Source: Minisyncoccota bacterium
GTDB lineage: Bacteria; Patescibacteriota; Microgenomatia; UBA1400; UBA12028
Length of the DNA stretch: 64,000 nt
NCBI GenBank assembly: GCA_016211945.1
Contig: JACRHV010000003.1
Coordinates: 5,631 to 69,630 of the forward strand
Direction of reading: 5' to 3'
Shown: piece by piece, positions 58,133 to 64,000 of the stretch
How positions within the stretch are numbered: the stretch's first letter is position 1
Layout of the letters: every line of letters starts with the position of its first letter
Made by a program: the position numbers and the translations under genes
Notes under the pieces: model-generated
Told to the model about the DNA's origin: nothing
Database searches by the model: none
What the model saw: only the letters and a program-made list of their open reading frames with translations

Positions 58133-58927
58133 TTATAAATCAAGAAGATTTTCCAAGAGACACACTCTGGTCATGGGGCCTACTCCGCCGGGAACAGGAG
58201 AGAGGTAGCTCGCAATTTGATCTAGGTTTGTTGGGTCAATTTCCGGCTTGGGTGAACCGGCGTCAATAATAATAACACCAAGCTTGAAGTCGTTGGCATT
58301 GAGAAGATTGGGTTGCCCTGTGGCGGAGATAACAACCTCCCCCTCCTTTACCAGTCCTCGGTTCTCCGCAAGTTCTTTGCGACCTACAAGGTGAACCACT
58401 GCACATTCTTTCCGTAGCTCCTCAGCAACAGGAAGGCCCACAATATCACTTCTCCCCACCACAACCACTGTCATTGTTTTCGCATCTTTATGCAGAACAC
58501 GACACGCATCGTGGAAAATCTCCAGAATTGCTCGAGCAGTTGCCGGCATAACTCTACTCTGCGGAGTGAGGCCATCAACATCTTTTTCTGGCGGTATTGC
58601 GGAAACTACTGTTGTCCACCATGTATCACTTGGCATAAGCGACTTGGCTGGTTTTTGCACAATGATTCCGTTTACCGTGGTATTCGCACCTGCACCACGA
58701 ATAATTTCAATCAAATCCTGAATTGGTGTGTTGATTGGTACTACTCGAACTTCATACCCAATCCCAACGCTCTCCGCATCTTTTTTCTTCAGATTCGCAT
58801 AGATCATACTCGGTTTATCTTCTTGACATACCAATGAAAATATCTTTAATTGAGGAAGTTTTGTAAGCTGTTCTTTGAGTGCTTTCATGCGGAGAGCAGC
58901 ACCCGAAGAACCATCGAAGATAATCAT
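58133..58927 (-). CDS. folD: methylenetetrahydrofolate dehydrogenase/cyclohydrolase
   Basis: KDVDGL, PAT, GRSDIVG.P, SPVPGGVGPMT. Confidence 0.93.
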   Translation of the reverse strand: MIIFDGSSGAALRMKALKEQLTKLPQLKIFSLVCQEDKPSMIYANLKKKDAESVGIGYEVRVVPINTPIQDLIEIIRGAGANTTVNGIIVQKPAKSLMPSDTWWTTVVSAIPPEKDVDGLTPQSRVMPATARAILEIFHDACRVLHKDAKTMTVVVVGRSDIVGLPVAEELRKECAVVHLVGRKELAENRGLVKEGEVVISATGQPNLLNANDFKLGVIIIDAGSPKPEIDPTNLDQIASYLSPVPGGVGPMTRVCLLENLLDL

Positions 58928-59763
58928 AGGAGACTCTTCACAATTTCAACGTTTTTTGCATCTGGGCCGTTGCCGTCAAAACCTGGAACTTCAAGAATAA
59001 GCGGAAGACGAGACAATAGCGGTTTCTGTAAAAATTTCTGTAAAATTCCTCGACCAATCATTCCTTCTCCAATATTTTCATGCCGATCTCGTCCACTTGC
59101 AAATGGATCGCGCGAATCATTCAAGTGAATAACTTTTAAGGCGTTTAATAATTGATATCGTTGCATTTCTGCATCAATCGTGAGCAAATCGTACCCCGCC
59201 GCAAAACCATGACAGGTGTCAAAACACCACCCTAACCGACCGTCTTTTACATATGTTGGCAGGGCATCAAAAATACGCCGAATATCCTCGAGTTTTGAAC
59301 ATAACTTCCCTTCTTGACCCGCCGAGTTTTCAATCAAAAAAGTGCTTGTTTTTGGCGTTGCATCCAAAATTGTTTTGAGTCGACCAACTAAGTCGTCAAA
59401 CACCGCATCAAACCCTTTGCCCAAATGGCTCCCCAAATGCACCACCACCCCACTACCGTGGATTTGCGCGCTATAGTGAAGATCATAGATAAGGCTTTTT
59501 ATCGAATTTTGGATGAGATCATCGCGATCACCAGTGAGGTTTACCAAGTACAACGCGTGAAGAATAACTGGGCCAAAGTCGTGATCTTTACAATAGGAAA
59601 TGAGGGCGTCTGCTTTTTCTTGGTCAAGCGGTTTGCGCGCCCATCCTCGAGGAGATCCAGAGAAAATCTGCAACGCGTTGCCACCCATTGCCACCATAGA
59701 CTTCGCCGCAGACACAAGTCCTTTGCCGACGGAAAGATGTGCGCCAATGCGTCTCTGTTGCAT
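58924..59763 (-). CDS. nfo: endonuclease IV
   Basis: IGAHLS, HA.YL.NL, ENSAG, DTCH, HLNDS, DRHENIG. Confidence 0.96.
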   Translation of the reverse strand: MQQRRIGAHLSVGKGLVSAAKSMVAMGGNALQIFSGSPRGWARKPLDQEKADALISYCKDHDFGPVILHALYLVNLTGDRDDLIQNSIKSLIYDLHYSAQIHGSGVVVHLGSHLGKGFDAVFDDLVGRLKTILDATPKTSTFLIENSAGQEGKLCSKLEDIRRIFDALPTYVKDGRLGWCFDTCHGFAAGYDLLTIDAEMQRYQLLNALKVIHLNDSRDPFASGRDRHENIGEGMIGRGILQKFLQKPLLSRLPLILEVPGFDGNGPDAKNVEIVKSLL

Positions 59764-59814
59764 ATGGTCAAGTGTAGCACAGCGTATGGTATACTCAGCA
59801 GCCTCCCAGAAAAT

Positions 59815-60777
59815 ATGCTCAATACTATAGAAAATGTTGTTGAATTAGGAGGTAGGATCATCGCCTCCAAAGAAGAGTTAGAGAAGAAACTCAAGAACGG
59901 TCTTATTATCGTTGTATCAACCATTCCAGATGAGATGGGTGTTGGCGGTGCTGGCGCAACGACGTTTCGAACAAAACTAGCCGAGATTTGCAACATACTT
60001 TTTGTTGAACATGCTGGAGCCGCTTTACGAAAATTCGCATATGAGTACTTTTTGGAATCTGGAACTCCTGAACAAAAAGAGAGAATGAAAAGTTTAGATC
60101 CCCGTGGTGACTTTAATGATTTTCCAGATGATCTCTTGGCTATTTATACGGAAAAATTCCGAGGACCAGAACAAGATAAACACGTAGATAAGGGTGTTAT
60201 CGATAGGGTCATACAAAAATTGAGGTTAAATAAAATCGTCGAAAATCCCACCATTGTCTGTGTTGACGCAAAGATAGGTCCACTCATTTTGGAAAAATTA
60301 TGGGAATTGCCGGAAGAGGAAAAGCCTGCGATTCTTTTTGTTGGTGTTCATGCAGATACTCAAGAAACAATCTTACGACAGCTTCAACGAGAAAATGCCA
60401 AGAGAAAGGAGATGATAAGAAAAGAAAATGAGAAAAGAAAGACTGAGAGTTTGTCTCCATTAGAATTCGTTCCCATGACTCAGGATGAATTATTGGCAAT
60501 ACGTAGTAATCGACTTATTGAAGAGGCAAAACGATATTTAGATGCTTACGGTATTGAGTATTCAAAAGAGTCCATGACGAAAGCAGTTCATCTCCTTATT
60601 AATTCCACCACTGCCTCTCCAGAAAAACAAGTTGAAGAACTACTCACATATCTTCGGATGCATCATCCTGAGTTGGCGCTGCCGTTACTCAATCAACTTA
60701 ATGTTGGTTTGTTAAAAATTCAGCAACTTCTTTTTTTACAGCTAGACATAGCTCGTCGGCTCGCATTTGCTGCTTAA
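59815..60777 (+). CDS. hypothetical protein, degenerate cytidylate kinase-like
   Basis: GVGGAGATT (P-loop-like, no Lys), AG..LR..A, DKHVD, INST. Confidence 0.55.
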   Translation: MLNTIENVVELGGRIIASKEELEKKLKNGLIIVVSTIPDEMGVGGAGATTFRTKLAEICNILFVEHAGAALRKFAYEYFLESGTPEQKERMKSLDPRGDFNDFPDDLLAIYTEKFRGPEQDKHVDKGVIDRVIQKLRLNKIVENPTIVCVDAKIGPLILEKLWELPEEEKPAILFVGVHADTQETILRQLQRENAKRKEMIRKENEKRKTESLSPLEFVPMTQDELLAIRSNRLIEEAKRYLDAYGIEYSKESMTKAVHLLINSTTASPEKQVEELLTYLRMHHPELALPLLNQLNVGLLKIQQLLFLQLDIARRLAFAA

Positions 60778-61993
60778 AGTTCTTTATAAACTCGGCACGC
60801 TTAGTTTTCTCTTTAGGGAGTTTGTGTGTTTTCACTCGACCAATAACACGAGCAATCCAGTCCGCCACCTTTTCCATATCCTTCTCTTGTAATCCGATTG
60901 TTGTTATCGCGGGCGTACCTAATCGAACACCAGAGGGATAGAAAGGAGAGTTTGGTTCGTTGGGAACTGTGTTTTTGTTCGCGTACATACCTGCGCAGGC
61001 CATCGCATAGGCCACTTGCGTCCCACCGCCAAACTCGGAGAAATCCATAATCATGAGGTGATTCTCTGTTCCCCCACCCACCAGTTTCACACCGTGCGCG
61101 GTCAGTGCGCTCGCTAACGCTCGCGCATTCTTCACCACCCGCTTACCATATTCTCGAAATTCCGGCGTTGCTGCCTCACCCAACACCACCGCAATCCCAG
61201 CGGTTACGTTGTCGTGTGGCCCACCTTGCAAACCGGGGAATACGGCTTTGTCGATTTTCTCGGCCAACTCCGAATCTTTCAATAATCCCTTTTCCGTCAC
61301 CATAATCATAGCTCCACGTGGACCGCGCAGTGTCTTATGTGTTGTTGTCATAACCACATGTGCGAACGGAACTGGATTGGGATGCGCCTCAGCAACAACC
61401 AGACCCGCAACGTGTGAGATATCCGCCAACACATACGCCCCAACTTCTTCCGCTATCGCATAGAACTCTTTGAATGGCAGAATGAACGGATACGCCGTTG
61501 TTCCAATAATCATCAATTTTGGCTTGTGCTCATGCGCCAACCTCCGAATTTCATCAAGATTGATCCGAGCATCCTGTGTTAAACCATACTGTACGGTATT
61601 GAAAAACACTCCGCCAAACGTAACCCCAGGATGACCGTGCGTAAGGTGCCCCCCACTCGTTAACTTCATCCCGAGCAACGTATCTCCTGGACGCAAAATG
61701 GCCATCTGTACTGCGCTATTTGCCGGGCTCCCACTGTAGGGTTGAACATTGACGTGCGGCACTCCGAAAAGTTTTTTTGCGCGATTAACTGCGATATCCT
61801 CGATCTCATCAATCACATCATTTCCCTCATAGTACCGCCGACCTGAATATCCCTCAGAATATTTGTTCATGAGCGGCGAACCAACCGCACGAATCACATT
61901 TTTTGATGCAAAGTTTTCGGAAGGAATAAGTTGGAGACCTTCACGCTGGCGCGCAGACTCCTTCTCTATCAAGTGAAAAATAGGATCGATCAT
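60698..61993 (-). CDS. glyA: serine hydroxymethyltransferase
   Basis: LIPSEN, NKYSEGY, GGHLTHG, TTTHKTLRGPRG, FPGLQGGP. Confidence 0.98.
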   Translation of the reverse strand: MIDPIFHLIEKESARQREGLQLIPSENFASKNVIRAVGSPLMNKYSEGYSGRRYYEGNDVIDEIEDIAVNRAKKLFGVPHVNVQPYSGSPANSAVQMAILRPGDTLLGMKLTSGGHLTHGHPGVTFGGVFFNTVQYGLTQDARINLDEIRRLAHEHKPKLMIIGTTAYPFILPFKEFYAIAEEVGAYVLADISHVAGLVVAEAHPNPVPFAHVVMTTTHKTLRGPRGAMIMVTEKGLLKDSELAEKIDKAVFPGLQGGPHDNVTAGIAVVLGEAATPEFREYGKRVVKNARALASALTAHGVKLVGGGTENHLMIMDFSEFGGGTQVAYAMACAGMYANKNTVPNEPNSPFYPSGVRLGTPAITTIGLQEKDMEKVADWIARVIGRVKTHKLPKEKTKRAEFIKNFKQQMRADELCLAVKKEVAEFLTNQH

Positions 61994-62008
61994 GTTTTGC
62001 ATTGTACA

Positions 62009-62746
62009 CTATGCAAACTGCGTTTCCACCTCGTTTGCGACGTACGTTCCAATATCACTGCCAGTAACCGCTTTTCTCAAGTTTCCCGCCTTAAACAGCT
62101 CAAAAACCATGACCGGCATGTTGTTTTCCATACACATCGCCATCGCACTCGAATCCATCACCGCAATGTTCTCATTTTTCAAGATATCCATGAACTTGAT
62201 GGTCTTGTACCGTTTTGCATCGGTGTGTTTTACGGGGTCTTTATCATAGACACCGTCGACCTTTGTTGCCTTCATCACAACATCGCAATGGAGTTCGAGC
62301 GCATGGAGCGACGCACCAGTGTCCGTGGTAACATATGGAACCCCCGTGCCAGCCGCTAAGATGACTACACGCCCTTTCTCGAGGTGACGTAGGGCTTTAC
62401 GTCGAATGAATGGTTCTGCAACTGCGGGCATGGTGAGCGCAGATTGTACGCGTGTTGGTACCCCGACTTTTTCTAACGCATCCTGTAATCCAAGCGCATT
62501 CATGACCGTCGCAAGCATACCCATGTAATCGGCGGTTGCTCGATCAATTCCATTCTTTTCTCCAGCAACTCCACGGAAAATATTTCCACCGCCAATCACA
62601 ATGACCAACTGTGATCCAAGGTCGTATACATCTTTAATTTGACGCGCAACATCAAGTGCTGCTACAGGTGAGATGCCATACTCCCGGTCACCCATCAATG
62701 ACTCCCCTCCTACTTTCAGTAGAATTCGCTTAAACCGCATCGTCAT
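62009..62746 (-). CDS. pyrH: UMP kinase
   Basis: LLK..GE, GGGNIFRG, DYMGMLAT, TTD, KVDGVY. Confidence 0.98.
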   Translation of the reverse strand: MTMRFKRILLKVGGESLMGDREYGISPVAALDVARQIKDVYDLGSQLVIVIGGGNIFRGVAGEKNGIDRATADYMGMLATVMNALGLQDALEKVGVPTRVQSALTMPAVAEPFIRRKALRHLEKGRVVILAAGTGVPYVTTDTGASLHALELHCDVVMKATKVDGVYDKDPVKHTDAKRYKTIKFMDILKNENIAVMDSSAMAMCMENNMPVMVFELFKAGNLRKAVTGSDIGTYVANEVETQFA

Positions 62747-62755
62747 AGATACTCC

Positions 62756-63388
62756 TTATGCCTGGACTAGACGTGTATGTACTGTTTTCCAAATTTTTTC
62801 TGCAATGTCATCGATACTTTTCTCTGCATTGACGACAACCCACCGCTTGTGGTCATTTTTCTTTGCAAGAGTGAGATAGGCTTCGCGTACTTTTTGATGA
62901 AAATCTTTTGTTTCCATATCTAGCCGATCCATTTTGTCTGTTTGCGCGCGGCGGCCTAACCCAACCTCCACGGAAACATCAAGTAAAAAGGTGATATCCG
63001 GATATGTTTCCCGTGTTGAAATGTTATTCAGCTGCTCAATGACTTCTACTCCAAATCCACGAACCATCCCCTGGTAGACAACTGAAGAATCGCGTGTTCG
63101 ATCCATCAACACGACTTTTTGTGCCTCTAAACTCGGAAGAACAAGCTCTCTGTACAGTTGCGCGCGTGCCGCCTGAAATAAAAGCACTTCTGTGGTGTAC
63201 GCAATGCCAATGTTTTTTGATGAAAGTACAACGTCACGAATCTGCTCAGAAATAACGGTTCCTCCAGGCTCGCGGACAACAACAACGTCAAATCCTTTTG
63301 CGACAAGTTTATCCCGAAGGCGCTTAATCTGAACAGTTTTCCCTGCTCCTTCACCACCTTCAAATGAAATGAGGTATCCCTTTTTCAT
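62756..63388 (-). CDS. tmk: thymidylate kinase
   Basis: FEGGEGAGKT, REPGG, DR..DSS..YQG. Confidence 0.96.
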   Translation of the reverse strand: MKKGYLISFEGGEGAGKTVQIKRLRDKLVAKGFDVVVVREPGGTVISEQIRDVVLSSKNIGIAYTTEVLLFQAARAQLYRELVLPSLEAQKVVLMDRTRDSSVVYQGMVRGFGVEVIEQLNNISTRETYPDITFLLDVSVEVGLGRRAQTDKMDRLDMETKDFHQKVREAYLTLAKKNDHKRWVVVNAEKSIDDIAEKIWKTVHTRLVQA

Positions 63389-63453
63389 GCTGGATAGTAT
63401 TGTGCCGTCCATCGGGAAGAAATGCAAGTCGATCATTCCACAGAAAAACAGCG

Positions 63454-64000
63454 TTATATTCTCACGGGCATTTGTTTTTTATTCGTTTCATCCAGAGGAA
63501 GAAGTTCTGTTCTTAGCCAATCCAATGTTTGATAAAGTTGTGCTCCCATAATGTAACAAACAAGTCTCATTTTGTCGTAAGGCGAAAGCGACCTATAGGG
63601 TTCATATTCATTCGTAACGTATTGCTGAGTTACGGCACCACCTCCGGCTTGAACATCAATGTTTATCACCGCCAAGTCGGGAGCATTATAAATTTCATAT
63701 GTAAGTTTCTCTACGATTGATGAGGCATGATCGCCCGCTAGAACACCGGTCATTGCAGGAACCGCAGCCAATCCAGCTAAATGACTTATGATTGCGTGGG
63801 GAGCATAATTTTCCTGTATGAAGGCTTGACAAAATTGTGCTACTCGTTCTGCGTAATCGTCTTCATTTTTATCTGGAAAACCTTCCATGTTTATTGGTTT
63901 TCCCAGTGTAACTTCCTCACCATTTGGCTTTTTAACATGCTCTGCGGTGTCACCACTTAAACATACTGCCGCAACTCTTTTCAACGCTTCCGGAGCATGC
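63454..64000 (-). CDS. hypothetical protein, probably 5'-truncated by the window
   Basis: Open frame runs to the window edge; no recognised motif. Confidence 0.55.
   Translation of the reverse strand, partial: HAPEALKRVAAVCLSGDTAEHVKKPNGEEVTLGKPINMEGFPDKNEDDYAERVAQFCQAFIQENYAPHAIISHLAGLAAVPAMTGVLAGDHASSIVEKLTYEIYNAPDLAVINIDVQAGGGAVTQQYVTNEYEPYRSLSPYDKMRLVCYIMGAQLYQTLDWLRTELLPLDETNKKQMPVRI

Noticed and set aside
59425-59814. First 130 codons of the 450-aa ORF
   Set aside because: Antisense to nfo; the promoter-like TGGTATACT and ATG at 59815 give a more plausible start.

Overview
Bacterial chromosomal segment, densely coding and mostly housekeeping genes on the minus strand (gyrA 3' part, xer, tgt/queA, murD2/murL, dnaB, hisS, prfA, rpsF-ssb-rpsR, cysS, dnaX-ybaB-recR, proS, prs, rpsB-tsf-frr, folD, nfo, glyA, pyrH, tmk) plus one tRNA-Leu(CAA). 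Shortened proteins, orphan ORFs and gene content suggest a Patescibacteria/CPR (Microgenomates-like) genome; this is inference. The main finding is two T-box riboswitches with very short Stem I hairpins (specifier in the apical loop) coupled to transcription terminators. One is His-specific (CAC specifier, UGGG bulge matching C73 of tRNA-His) and precedes a histidine ammonia-lyase-like gene, a divergent threonine-synthase-like PLP enzyme, two orphans and hisS. A nominally His-degrading enzyme would thus be induced by His starvation, which suggests an undescribed His salvage or supply route. The other T-box precedes csaA-proS. Also notable: epmA paired with a SPASM-type radical SAM enzyme instead of epmB next to tgt/queA, a CIRCE operator and dif-like sites beside xer, a Cys-less DksA/TraR protein, and many apparently leaderless promoters. 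All calls were made by eye from motifs; no searches were run, so novelty is unverified.
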